The notes below the pieces were generated by a model, which saw only the letters and a program-made list of their open reading frames with translations, had not been told where the DNA came from and did not search any database. A DNA stretch of 53,351 nucleotides, filler included, from Sphacelaria rigidula (lineage: Eukaryota): assembly GCA_964200075.2 (NCBI GenBank). It is 4 parts of 4 records of this genome, joined end to end, with 100 filler letters (N's around TTAATTAATTAA, not from the genome) between each part and the next. Parts side by side here need not be neighbours in the genome. Positions count along the whole stretch, not along the records: positions 1 to 13,264 come from CAXNAA020003016.1; positions 13,365 to 26,627 come from CAXNAA020003017.1; 2 more parts are not named here. One strand, written 5' to 3'. Shown one piece after another: positions 11,970-24,004 of the stretch. Both the position numbers and the translations under genes were made by a program. Every line of letters begins with the position of its first letter. The stretch's first letter is position 1.

Positions 11970-12280
11970 AGCACGTTTCGGGCACGCTTGAGAAGGAGCA
12001 CTCGGGACTGTCAACCCCACTAAAGATCCGAATCTCGGTGCTCACACTCAAATAGCGTAATATTAACCTTGAGCAAAACGTGTCGTGGGGCACGCTTGAG
12101 CAGGAGCACTCGGAAATGTCGAGCCCACTAAAGATCCGAATCTCAGTGCTCATACTAAAATCAAGTGATATTAACCATCAACAAAAACGCGTGCCGGGGC
12201 ACGCTTGATCAGGAGCACTCGACACTGTCAACCTCACTAAAGGCCCGAATCTCAGTTGCTCACGTTCAAAATCAAGTCTG
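11970..12280. repeat. Tandem repeat, period 108-109 bp, about 3 copies
   Basis: GGGCACGCTTGA.(A/C)AGGAGCACTCG starts at 11980, 12088 and 12197. Confidence 0.85.
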
Positions 12281-12569
12281 TTTTCAGCCGTGAGTTTGGG
12301 GGTACTACTGTCCAAACAGAGGTAAACTCTACTGTAGGATAGGTGAACTTCCAAAGTGTTGTTTTGGCTAGCGCGATCTTGATTGGATCTTTGCATCTTG
12401 ATCACCTTGCTATGAATGCAGCAATGGTCACAAGACAGACGAACCCAAGATATCAAGGGTATGGTGGGTAGGGTAAATACCCGGGGATTCACTCTCCCGA
12501 TTTTCGTGTTGCGATGATCCGATCTCTGAAATCCACCCAAATATTGAGTAAAGTTTGGTACGATCGCAA

Positions 12570-12640
12570 TACTCTACCGAATATCTGGGTACGCTACTCT
12601 ACCGAATATCTGGGTACGCTACTCTACCCAAATATTGAGT
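12570..12640. repeat. 25-bp tandem repeat (about 3 copies)
   Basis: TACTCTACCGAATATCTGGGTACGC at 12570 and 12595, partial at 12620. Confidence 0.85.
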
Positions 12641-12759
12641 GCCTACAGTACGATTTAAAAAACAAAAATCAGGAAATACCTTACCCAAACACTCTTGCAA
12701 GATATCAATTTGATTTTTTTATTCAATGATGGATTACTTCTTTGATTGACTATACGGTA

Positions 12760-13075
12760 CTGGGCGCCTGAACTATCCATTTTGTAATTTATTCGTAATT
12801 GGCGATTTTCTTGGGCTCTTTCGCTTGCCACCGCTCATCACATTGGGGATCTGAAAATACTAGTATCCACTCCACATTCCAAAAAAAAAAAACATCTGTA
12901 TTCAACATTAAGTGACTTACGGGCTGACCGGTCATCGGGGGACGGGGGTCCTGACACGTGTCAGCCCAGATTCTGACTCTTCGGTATTGTCGATCGATCG
13001 AGCCTGTCCCGATCGTATTTTTGAAAAAATATACAGGTTTGGCTTCTTCAAATTCCACCTACTCATCGCACTAGG
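12760..13075. mobile_element. One arm of the 4247-5020 foldback family
   Basis: Closely similar to 4280-4440. The distal part is the reverse complement of about 4690-4790. Confidence 0.65.
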
Positions 13076-13264
13076 GCCGAAAAACTGTGTTCCACGGTCA
13101 ATGACACGCTCCTGACAAACGGGGTCTTTATTCGTATCGCCCGAAAAAACAACTAACACTAACTCGGGCTCTGGGGGGGGGGGGAGAAGAAGACGATCTG
13201 TTCATTTCACCAAAATATACCGACGCTGGCACTTTCGCGTTCTATCAAAGACTAGCCGCGAGAA

Positions 13265-13364
13265 NNNNNNNNNNNNNNNNNNNNNNNNNNNNNNNNNNNN
13301 NNNNNNNNTTAATTAATTAANNNNNNNNNNNNNNNNNNNNNNNNNNNNNNNNNNNNNNNNNNNN
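13265..13364. other. Artificial linker N44-TTAATTAATTAA-N44
   Basis: All-frame-stop spacer flanked by 44 Ns on each side. Confidence 0.97.
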
Positions 13365-13413
13365 CACATATCCCGAAAGGGGTAGACTGGCGCCCAGAAT
13401 AAATGGGACGACA

Positions 13414-13444
<31 letters not shown>
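13414..13444. repeat. (CA)n microsatellite, probably a SINE 3' tail
   Basis: CA run after CCAGAATAAATGGGACGACAAC, which resembles the reverse complement of the SINE tail at about 48545-48570. Confidence 0.75.
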
Positions 13445-13445
<1 letters not shown>

Positions 13446-15264
13446 TGTTGTGGTTCAAAATTGTCCCCCACTTTTGGCGATTTCGAATCACGTAGAAGCC
13501 AAATTCGACCGGTTTTGGCCATTTCCTCGCTGGACAGAAGTGATACCTGACAAAAGTGGTTCAGCACAGACCATAGCTAACCCCTGTGCGAGAAGCAAGC
13601 TCAAACGGGCGAAGTGTCTTGGTTTTTTTTCCTCGAGCATTTTTTGCCGGTTGTGTCTTCTGCACTCAGAGAAGAAGGGCGAAATACCGTCATTGTTCGA
13701 CCGACTGATGTTTTAGCGGCCGTTTGGCCATGGATTGACCAGCAACAGCCAGAAATGACCGACATCGGTTTGAGCTCAAGAACCGCGAAAGAATGCCACA
13801 TAAAAATCAAGTCAGACACAGTTAGGGGTCCGTGCGAACATAACCACCCCAGTCTCCTCGTATAGAGAAAGTATGTATCTACGCTGTTATCGTGAGACGT
13901 TCTACGTTGAAGCGGTGATTACAGATGCGTGTGTGGATGTGTGGCTGTGGCTGTGGCTGTGGCTGTGTTCTTCGACGACGACGACTGCTTCTGCGACTCT
14001 GTACTGTAACACGAGCTCACTGCTGAATATACCGGGAACCTTGAGTTTGAGATACCTCTATGAGAAGGAAATACGCGGTAACTCTTCGCAGTCGAGGAGT
14101 TGAACTCTGGGGTCTTGAAAACTGTTCTTATTATTGCAGTGAATATAGTTATGATTTAACCGGATGATCGACCGCCTGACCGCCGAAGGTCAAGTAATAC
14201 CTGGTGTAGACTTCGGACGGCGACCTCCTGTTGCTCAACCTCCCTTCCCTGCATCCAGTTCGGCCTAATTGTTGGCCCACCCCACGCCAGTTGAAAGGGA
14301 GGACATGGCCCCTCGTGCACATCCATATTAAAACCCTACATTGAAAACAAAAAAGTCGTTTCTGTCTGTGGCCTATGGCAATCAGTAGAGGCATCTCAAA
14401 CTCGAGATTTCCCGGTATATTTTTCCACCATGATTTACTGCGAAGTATGCCGGGAACGCCGAGTTTGAGATACCTCTAGTAACGGTAGTAACGGTCACAT
14501 GCAGTAGGTGCAGTATTGGAAGCGAACTTGTGATTCATCATTCTTCCATGTCGGGCGTTCATTCACTTCTTGAATTTTGAATTTTTCACGTACGTGTCTA
14601 AGTTCTCCTCTGGTCTATTTTGTTAGACATTCCTCCAGGCACTGGCATACAGTATACGTCATACATTGCACGTGCAACATACACGGAAACAAACAAAAAA
14701 CAGCCCAGCGGGTAACGTGGACACCAGTCACACTCTCTGCTGCTGCCTTTAGTGCTGCGGTGCAACACTATTGTGTAAGCACTGACGGCACGCAGGAGCA
14801 TGGCTGATAAAAGAGAGCACGCACTCGTCGAGGGTGATATTATGATGCTTGATAATCGTGACACACCGACGAACGGAAAATCGTCCTTTGGACAAACACT
14901 AGCCATCATGGTCGGAAGTCAAACGGACATGTGAGCAAGCACCCGCTCGTTCCATGCCTCCCTCTCGAGATACCCCGATGACGTGGAGGCATTGTTTCCA
15001 GGGGGGAAGACGGACAGCGTGACCCAACAGCACACCGTAGGTTAGATTGAAGCCCTTCCCTTGTCAACTACTGGCTGTACTGGCTGTGGCGCGCCGAAGT
15101 TTTCGATGGTCGGATGAAATAATCATCTCTGGTTCGAATCACGCAAGTCTACGGTTTCTGAGGTCTGGTTGCTCGAAAGAGAGGGAAAAAAAACGTTGAC
15201 CACTGGAAGAACATGTCCCTACCGTGGAGTCAGTCACGCCACGACATTCGCGGTGGGGGGGGGC

Positions 15265-15370
15265 GGGGCGTACTCACTTGTTGCTTACATTAGTCGTGTG
15301 ACCATTGACCACGCATCCGTTTCGAGACTGAGCACCGCTCCTACTCCTAATAGAGACACCTCCAACATTC
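15265..15370 (-). mobile_element. LINE ORF2 3'-end fragment
   Basis: Aligns with 1-52 and 126-200 (GTACTCACTTGTTGCTT..TTAGTCGTGTGACCATTGACCACGCATCC). Confidence 0.55.
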
Positions 15371-16531
15371 CGGCGGGGAGTATTGGGCCATTTCTTCCAT
15401 GAGATGAAATCTCACCACAAGTCGTCGTTGAAATCAGCGACGTTTGTTCGTGCGTGCTTGTTACCCGAGTGTATTCGGTCGTCTGACACGCCCATGAGCC
15501 CCTTTTCCATGGAATCAAACAGCCCCCGCCCCCCAATCGTGCCATGGCTCCATACGCTATATTCCATGCGCCTGGGGTGCTCATGCCTGTGGTTGCAAGG
15601 CTAGGGAAAACATAGGTCACGGATATATGCGTAGGGGATGAATCGATTATACTGAAAGCAGGTAATTATTTTCGTAAAAATTGCCACGCGTTCAACCCTT
15701 AAACGCTTCCATCCATTGTGCACAGAAGCACGATCAGTGTGTTCGTTGTTGGAGTTCGGCAAGCCCCAGGCACGAACCGTGGGATATTCGGGATGATTAT
15801 GATGCCCTTCGTATCAAAGCATGGTCGTATCTTGGATGTTTTTCTTCGTTCGTGGGAGATTTTGGGAGAGAGACGTTGCTTTTCGGAAACGTTGGTACAC
15901 TGGGCGCTGCTGGCAAGATCCAAGTTAATTTAGATTTGGCTTGAAATTTAGGGTGGCCACGCTTGCTCAAGAATGCGAACAGCCAAACGCTTGGGTTCAG
16001 AATTCTCATCGTTGCCCTTCCGTGGCTCTATGCACCCTTCTTGTCTCCCTTACACCGGTTGGACTGGTCCGGCGAAACCCGGCGTGCTTCGTTCCGGTTT
16101 GCAGGGATGCGAGGTCAATGGTCTCATGTCTACGGCATGCATAATCATCAGTAAATCCCATCTCCCATCTCCCGTCTCCCGCCACCGCGCTTAGAAAACT
16201 CTGGTCTGTATGTACAATGCGTGGTTTGTTTCAAGAGCTGGCCCTTTGACATGCACATGTACTGTCTGGAGTTTACACTTTTCGATATTAACAGCAGTAG
16301 CAAAAGTGGCAGCAGCAGCAGCAGCAGCATCCTCCCTTCCATTGGATTTGATTCAATTACTGTTCAATTGTGGCACCCTCATGATCTCGCCTTGCTGCTC
16401 ACTGCATCCCTCCCCCCCCCCCTCCCCGCGCTTGCTTGACTGCTTGCTGATGGCGTGTCCGTTATGTAACGTGTCCGTCATCTATGCTCTGAATGTGTCT
16501 GTTTTTTTTGTGGCTTGACGAACAAATACAG

Positions 16532-16636
16532 CACTCTCCATCCGCACTTTGGCCTAACTCGGCCGGAGTACTGCTCCCGACATAAGCTGCCGGGGATGTT
16601 TAACGTCAAGGGCCGGCGATGTCGGAGCTATGAGTG
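16532..16636 (+). CDS. EsV-1-7 cysteine-repeat protein, internal exon (one repeat)
   Basis: tacag|C...TG|gtgagc. This 105-nt phase-2/phase-2 exon translates (C)TLHPHFGLTRPEYCSRHKLPGMFNVKGRRCRSYE(C). It is not in the ORF track. Confidence 0.85.
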
Positions 16637-16819
16637 GTGAGCAAGAAGAAAAATCTGGACATGGTCAGATGTTCTCGCGTACTGTCCACAGGGTTTTAGC
16701 TGTGCCTAGTGTGACGGAGATTTGCTGTCGCGCCGAGAAAGAGGCCGCAGTCCGTTCAGTTTCTGTCGTGTGAACGTCAACACGCGACAACCGCCAACAG
16801 ACAGCCGCCACGTTGAGGA

Positions 16820-17230
16820 TGCAGCTTTTCACTGAGGATGACAACCCGGAAAATTCAAATCTTCCTATGCACACCAGCTCCTGGAAATATGGTTGCTTTC
16901 CTTCATCTACCTACTGGTAGCTATTGGCAACTACTACACGCTACACAACATTGGATGCCGATAACCTACATTTTGGGGTCCTAGTTGAAAAACGATTGTG
17001 GGGAATTTAGGTGATTCGCTTTGATTACCCGAATTCCCCAGATTGTGTTCTCCTTACGATCCCAATTTTTCAGTTCTTGGAATACAAAGTTGTATGACGT
17101 GTAGTAGCTGTCAATAGCTACCAGTAGCTCAAGCATTTGTCGAAGAGTTGGTGTGGATACGAAAATTTGAATTAGGAAATTTCGGGTCATTCATCCGAAA
17201 TGAAAAGTTCCATCCTCAATTTCGATGATC
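16820..17230. mobile_element. Degenerate copy of the 442-bp foldback MITE, intronic
   Basis: Aligns with 22983-23424 (CCTACTGGTAGCTATTG.CAACTA..., GGGGTCCTAG.TGAAAAA, inverted right arm). Termini are eroded. Confidence 0.65.
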
Positions 17231-17706
17231 GCTGTCTGAACGTTAGAGAACTTCACGGCTCCCCTTACCCTTTGAGTTTTCGTCTTCATGAACGAGCAAA
17301 CGCGTATGTGTAGTGAAATTAGCACCCAACGGCGTGGTACTCAACGGCGGATATGACCCGGGTACACGGAATGGTAGTAGTTTTTTTTTTTTTCAAGAAT
17401 ATGTGGATGATAACAACATTCAAGTGGTGGAAGTATACTATCTCACTCGTACAGTAGTTTCAAGCTCAACTGATTCTGTGAAATTCGGGGCTAATCGCAG
17501 CAAATCCGTCTGGAAAGCATGAACGCGGCAGCGGACATGCGAAATGCGGTCAAGCTCCCAACCTTGATACGAGTAATCAACATCTTGCGCATGTCGTCTT
17601 GCGCTGAGCATCTTGCGCTCACCACATCCCCCCCCCCAGATCATTGATACCCATCTGTTCAAAACCCATTCTCCCGCTCTCTCCGCCCGGGACGTGCCTA
17701 CCGCAG

Positions 17707-18427
17707 CACACGCACTCCCGTGTACGGACTGCACGGTGACCCTCACCCGACCTACTGCGCGGCGCACAAGCTGCCTAACATGACGGACATCAAAAACCCC
17801 ACATGCCGCGAGCCCTCCTGCCCGCGTCAGCCGAGCTTCGGCGCTCCCGGAGACCGTCGAGCGAGCTACTGCGCCAGCCATATGCTGACGGGCATGGTCA
17901 ACGTGCGCCGCATGCTCGCCGCTGCTAAAGCCAACAAAACCTCCCCCTCTAGCGTCGGCACTGCTGGCGCTGGTACCGCCACCTCTGGAGCGTCGGCGCC
18001 GGCGCCGGCGGGGGGCGGGCCGGGGGCTGGGTGTCGTGCCGATTCGCTTGGCGGCGGAGGTGCTCATGCCTACCGCTCTCCTACTTCGCTTGTTTCTACT
18101 TCTCTGTCCTCTGTGCGGCACCAGGGCAACTTACAAATGTCTCCTACTGACCGCTACCCGCCACCTGGCAGCGGCGGCAAGAACATGGGGGGAGCGCGGC
18201 GAGCAAGAGCTTTGCCCAGCGCTACAGATGATATCGACGGTGTTCATGCCGGCGGGAGCGGCGGTGGTGTTGCACCCACTCCGCGAACTTCGACGGCGCC
18301 GGGCAGTGGCGGCGGTGCCGCCGCGGGACTAGGATCCGACTCCTGGGCCAGCGCACCTGCGACGGCGGCAGTAGAGACGAACAGTTCCACGGAGCGATCG
18401 GATTTGGACCGCTTGTTGTTAGGGTAG
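17707..18427 (+). CDS. EsV-1-7 cysteine-repeat protein, 3' exon (two repeats plus a Gly/Ala/Ser-rich tail)
   Basis: Acceptor ccgcag|C completes the TG|C Cys codon. CTRTPVYGLHGDPHPTYCAAHKLPNMTDIKNPTCREPSCPRQPSFGAPGDRRASYCASHMLTGMVNVRR fits the C-x4-C-x3-P-x-(F/Y)G...YC-x2-H-x4-M-x-(N/D)-(V/I) repeat. It ends at TAG 18425-18427 or splices (GG|gtagag, 18423) to a short exon 19367-19406. The 5' exons were not resolved. Confidence 0.85.
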
Positions 18428-18834
18428 AGAGAGTGCCTGAACCTGGAATGAAGAAACTGTCGAGATCGGGTGTTTGCTAGTTCGAAAAGCATGTGTTGAA
18501 TCTTGTGTTTGCCCGCACCTCGCCCACCTCCGCTTGGTTCGCCGCCCCATTCTTGGGCCTCTGTTTTGGGTGGTAGTCGTACTCGTAGTGTAGCCTGGGC
18601 GTGGTGGTAGTAGTGCGTTTCCGGGGGGACGGGTGGGTGATGTGCATTGTCTGCGACTGACTGTACCCGCAAGTGTTTCGAAAGTGTATGTGTGTTTATG
18701 GATTTTTTCCGTGGTTGCTGTTGGAAAAAATTCATCATCGTCCATGTAAAGGGCGTTTTGATGATGAAAAGTAGTGTCACGCGCTTTCGGGCGAGAAAGG
18801 GGAAACGTGAGATTGTGGATTGGCTGATGCTAAA

Positions 18835-18964
18835 TGGGGGGGGGGGGGGGGGGGGGGGAACGGGGGAGGGGGGGGGGGGGGGGTTTGTTTGTTNNNNNNN
18901 NNNGGTGTGTGGAGTGAGGGAGAGTGGGTGCGAGCTGGGGGGGGGGGGGGGGGGGGGGTGGGGT

Positions 18965-19002
<38 letters not shown>
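18835..19002. repeat. Poly-G low-complexity tract with an internal N gap
   Basis: Long G runs and 10 Ns; likely poorly resolved in the assembly. Confidence 0.85.
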
Positions 19003-19003
<1 letters not shown>

Positions 19004-19491
19004 GAGGGAATCGTGGAAGAGCATGGGTGGTGGTTTTGTTTGTTTCCTTTTTAACCAGTGTGCGGTGTATTTCTCTTGTGTTCGTGTCTGTCTCCCATGT
19101 GGGTATGTGTGGGTGTTTAGTGTTTTGTGTATGGCAACCGCGCGTGTGCTGTTTTCGAGGCTGCAAGACACACACACAGAACAGCACTTTTAGTGGTTTA
19201 TTTACGTGTCGTCCGCAGCGATGCAATTTTGTTGCGTTTCGGCCAACAACGATGAGCGTGTCTCTCAAGCATTCGTGTCTTTTAGTCACCCCTTTGCCAC
19301 GCGGTGTGCCAAGGTCGCCTTGCAAGTTAGATGCGTACCCATCGTGTTTTTGCGTCCTGTCACAAGTAGCGATGGAGGGGATGGAGGAGGGAGGGGAGGG
19401 AAGTGAGGCAGTGGAAACGTCGATCCTTTTTGTAGATATTGAAAATGATTTGGAGATGTGAAGTCCTCACACCATGGCAGTCTGCAGCGAA

Positions 19492-19763
19492 GTTGCTCGT
19501 GCAGAGACGCAAACAATTTATTTGTTGTGCTGGGCAATGCCATTTGTTATTGTTTCCGTATTAGTTTTTGTTTTGTTTTGTTTCTCGTCTTTTGGTCGGT
19601 TCGAGAGTTCCCACCGTAACGTGTCGTTTTGCTCGTGCAGAGACGCAAAAAACGTTTTTGGTGTGCTGGGCAATGTCATTTTGTTATTGTTTCCGTATTA
19701 GTATTTGTTTTGTTTTCCGTCGCTTGGCCGGTTCGAGTTTTCCCAACGCAACGTGTCGTTTAG

Positions 19764-19765
<2 letters not shown>
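19492..19765. repeat. 136-bp tandem duplication followed by (TA)n
   Basis: GCTCGTGCAGAGACGCAAA at 19495 and 19631; (TA)n at about 19767-19798. Confidence 0.85.
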
Positions 19766-19800
<35 letters not shown>

Positions 19801-21838
19801 CACGCGAGTTATTTGTGGCGTCAGCCCGTCGTAACGGAAACGCGTGTGCGCGCACACGCTTACAAGGATTTTGTCATGCTCAAGTGTCCTGTGTGGTATA
19901 CGTAAGAACAGGGAGTACACGTAATTGTTGTCTAGTACAAGAACATATACTACCACATGCAAGAAGAACGGATATTGATGGGGGTACCGATACTGATATA
20001 TCCTGGTTGTCCGTGCTTACACTGAGTCAATCTGTATTAGGATCTTATGATATCTGGAGTATATAGTAAATAGTGTTGATTAGTTTTTTGATGATCCGCC
20101 ATGTTTTAGTTTTGTATTTGTTTGTGGCTGATGAGGGAAATTTGTTGGCACCCTTCCCCCCCTCTCCCCCCCCCCCCGCACGTGTCGACGGGTCTACGGG
20201 GCCACTACCGACTGAACTACGGCGTACCGTCAGAGAGTGATTGGGGTCGTGCTTCCTCTCCGGAAATTAGGTAGGTGTTGCTTCGCCGAGTGCGGTGGAA
20301 GAGGGAGTAAAGACGAAAGTGTGGTAGCCATGTTGACTAGGGGGACAATCTTACGGTAATGGTATTTTGGTATTACAGTAATCAATCGATCGTCGAAGAT
20401 CGTGATAATTTCCGAATTGTTTGCGGAGTTTCGTCACGAAAAAATGCACACGAAACCACTACACGGAAATCGGAGACTTGGTTTTACCGGCTGATCTTCA
20501 CATGGCAGAGTGCAAAAGTTCGAGATACGAGCTTGACTTGACATGATTGGGCGCGTACGACCGATTGCTTCATTGGAAGTGGTAAACTGATCGTTTGGAA
20601 GGGTGGGGCGTTCCTTTGTTGGCTTGTAAACGCAATTGATCTGTGAGTGTCCCCAGTAGAACAATGTCGCGGGAAATCTATGACAAATTGAAGTGGACAA
20701 GCGCAGGCAGACACGTTGACCCGATTGCACGTTATTGAAGTAGCAGATTTTCCTGTGGTGAATTGTCAAGCACGCTGATGCAGCAAGTTGTGGTTCCCCC
20801 TCCCCCCCCCAAGAAGAAAAAAACCGACTGGAGGTTGGTAAGTATGGATATACTGGGTTTTACCCTCTCGTTGGTGTGAGAAGTAACCTGCCTTTCTAGG
20901 CAGTGTGATGGAATAGATGAGTCAATCCGGCAGTGCTAGTGTGATGATGTATATTATAGTGTTTCCGAACCAGTAGAGTAGAATTACACTTGAACTTTTC
21001 ATGGTTGCTGCATCTATATTATGAAGGTAATCCCCCGTCCTGGTGTAGTTTATTATGTGTAGTCTGGTGTACTACTGTATGTATAGTGACCCAGAAGGAG
21101 TGACTCCAACATAATTAAAAATGAAAAGGCTAAATTTATCTTGACTGGAATACTGATTTGGTGAGAAGAGGGATGTTAGCTTGCTCTAGGAAGTGGTGCA
21201 GGAAAGCGGCATTCGTTTGCTCAACGCTTGTGTAGATTAGAAGTTGATACGGAAGGGCTGGAAGTTCATCTCTTGTTTTTGCTTTTATCCGTACATACTA
21301 ACGGTTATATCATTTATTTTTTTCCTGAGGATTCGACAGGAAAATTATGGGGGCCCCTGACAGGCCAGCACTGTCATGTCTCGAGCCCTGGCAGGCCACC
21401 ACTTCGTGTTCGCTCGATTTTATCGTGCGATCTGTTTCTGTCAATGTCTCGAGCTCTGACAGGCCACCATGTTCTTTGACTTTGAAGTTTGTGGTATCGG
21501 CATCATCTTCAGTTGAGGGCCGGAAAAATCAGTAGTAGGCACACGATCCCAGAGAAGAACGTTGAATCTTCGGCGTTGCGATGCGTCACGCCACGCTCGA
21601 CGCATTGTGCGCTGTCCCACACGGCTAAACGACCACGGGTTACTTGTTGCGCTCAGATGTCATGTTTGCGTGTCGGTGTAGGTGTGGTACTTCAACGACA
21701 CCCGGCAGCCAGTACAGAACCGTGCAAGTGTACACCCGTATTCTGTGGGGTCTATGGCTGTACGTGTTCCATTGAGAGTGTAGTGATGTGCTCTACTGCG
21801 ACAGGATATTGTCACATACTGCCGCTAGTTCTCATGTA

Positions 21839-22281
21839 AACACGGGATTTTACAAATTGGGGATGCATTTTTGATTGAGGATGAAAAACCGGAGGATGAA
21901 AATCTTCGTATCCACACCAAACCTTCAAAACATTGTTCCACTCTTTCGTCTACTGGTAGCTGTGGACAACTACTACACGCCATACAATTTTGGATCCTGA
22001 TATCCGACATGTTGGGGTTTTACGTGAAGGAACAATTTTGGGGAATTGAGATGATCCGATCAGATCTCCGAAACTCCGCCAAATCGGTTTTTCACCTAGG
22101 AACCCAACAGTTCGGTTATCGAGATCCAAATTTGTATGGCGTGTAGAGTTGTCAATAGCTACCAGCAAGTGAAGAAATGGAACCATGGTTCGCAGATTTG
22201 GTGTGGATACGAAGATTTTAATTCTCCAGGTGACTTATCCTCAATAAAAAAATCCATTCCCACTTTGTAATATCCCGTGTT
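21839..22281. mobile_element. 443-bp foldback MITE with 4-bp TSD (TGTA)
   Basis: AACACGGGA...TCCCGTGTT termini; TGTA at 21835-21838 and 22282-22285; arms of about 200 bp. Confidence 0.85.
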
Positions 22282-22959
22282 TGTATCTTGGTGGAACTCG
22301 ATCCATCGAGCGTGGCGGCGTGAGCCGCCGAAGCCCTTGTAACAATTAATAGTATACAGTCATTTTCGTTCCGCGTGAAACCGTTTTCCCGCAAACAGGT
22401 GCTCATTTCATTCTATCAATGTTATCATAACACCATTAACAATGTTTTTGTGAGATCGAGAGTAGAGGATACGGTTGAGATTGAGAAGTGATCAACTAAT
22501 AAATGAGTCGTTCAAGTTTCAAAATGCCCCTCCACGAGGCCCGATACGCTTTCTGTGCTTGCTTGCCATTGAGGCCCTTGATACCCCTGAGGAGGATATC
22601 GACGTGTAGCTGTACAAACATGCCAGTGATACAGGCAAAGAAAAGCACGCACGTAATGAAAAATAGTAAAATTAAATCGAATGATATAACCCACTCTCAA
22701 TCAACGCTCTACTCTGGAGTTCACGAAAACTTTTTTTCGTTCACGTTTCGCGTGAAAACGTTCCCCTGCAGACAGAGATGCATAGTGGTTTGGCCATCGA
22801 CCACGCGCCCCTTGCGAGAGGTCGTATGTTGGGGGGGATGTTACTATTCTGATTGTTGATATTGCTCGACGTTCGGTACAAGCGAGGGGGCCCATATCGG
22901 GAAATGATGGCACCGCCCCTCCCCCAGGTCGCCAAAACCTCATTCTGGGGCAGTAGGGA

Positions 22960-24004
22960 TGTTACGGACAGTCTGGGTAGTAAACACGGGATCTTATAAA
23001 TTGGGGATGGATCATTTATTGGGGATGAGAAACCCGGAGGATTAAAACCTTCGTATCCGCACCAAATATTCGAAATATGGTTCCATTTCTTCACCTACTG
23101 ATAGCTATTGATAACTACACGCCATAGAAACTTGGATTTCAATCACCGGAATGTTGGGGTCCTAGGTGAAAAAACAGTTTTGTGGAATTCCGGGTGTCCG
23201 AGCGGACGCCAAAATGGTTCCGAAATTGTTTTTTTCACCTAGGGCCCCAACATTTTGATGATCGAAATCCAAGTTTCTATGGCGTGTAGCAGTTATCAAT
23301 AGCTATCAGTAGGTGAAGAAATGGAACCATATTTCGAATATTTGGTGCGGATACGAAGGTTTTAATCCTCCGGGTTTCTCATCCCCAATAAATGATCCAT
23401 CCCCAATTTAAAAGGTCCCGTGTTAGTAGCCTCTCTGGCTTGTGCGTGCATTAGTTCGTTTCTACTATTGTCTCAATTGTTATGGTCATCATGGTCACTG
23501 TACACACACCGTGGACGCATCTTCAAGCGTCGAAGAAAAAACATGAAGTTTCCTACTTCAACCAAACATGCGGTATATTCATCCATGTAGAGTACAGTAT
23601 GTACGTACTTGCTCAACATCATCGTTCAGCAAAACAGTTTCCAGCACAAGGGATTATCAGTTTAACGCAGAATCGCTCTTCCGGAATGTCAGGGTGTCTT
23701 GCTCACAGCTTCAGGCGATGACATTTCTCTTTCGTGGTGGTAGTTTTCATAGCCTCATCAATACAGTCACATAAGCTCTTAGCTCGTTTTTGTGCTCGAA
23801 AAGAGAGTAGTACCAAGGGTTGCACCGGGTCATGCAACCACGGCGCGCACGGAGGCGTGTCTATAACCGTTACAACGGACACCACTCCCTCTCCTCTAGT
23901 TGGAATACCCGTGCGTCACATCAACTAGCCCTCCGAGTCCGTCAGTCGACTCGCTGGGCTCACCCTCGTATTACCCTCCCAACATTACGCCGGGATCCAT
24001 AACA
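22960..24004. mobile_element. Solo LTR (about 600 bp net) interrupted by a MITE
   Basis: Termini TGTTACGGA...TCCATAACA (TG..CA inverted). GGGA is duplicated at 22956-22959 and 24005-24008. The segment is absent from copy 1 of the host element. Confidence 0.75.
22983..23424. mobile_element. 442-bp near-perfect foldback MITE with 4-bp TSD (AGTA)
   Basis: AACACGGGA...TCCCGTGTT termini; AGTA at 22979-22982 and 23425-23428; arms nearly identical over about 200 bp. Confidence 0.9.

Noticed and set aside
13309..13320. TTAATTAATTAA as a biological site
   Set aside because: It is a standard all-frame-stop artificial linker embedded in Ns.
16105..16125. Upstream EsV-1-7 exon (CEVNG)
   Set aside because: The phase and donor site are incompatible with exon 16532, and the sequence matches a LINE 3' end instead.
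17438..18121. 227-aa minus-strand ORF
   Set aside because: Antisense shadow of the GC-rich EsV-1-7 exon.
16532..18427. Endogenous phaeovirus insertion
   Set aside because: The EsV-1-7 gene has spliceosomal introns, and no intronless gene-dense region or NCLDV core genes are nearby, so it behaves as a host gene.
18647..19461. Gly-rich and Pro-rich ORFs
   Set aside because: They arise from poly-G tracts containing an N gap.
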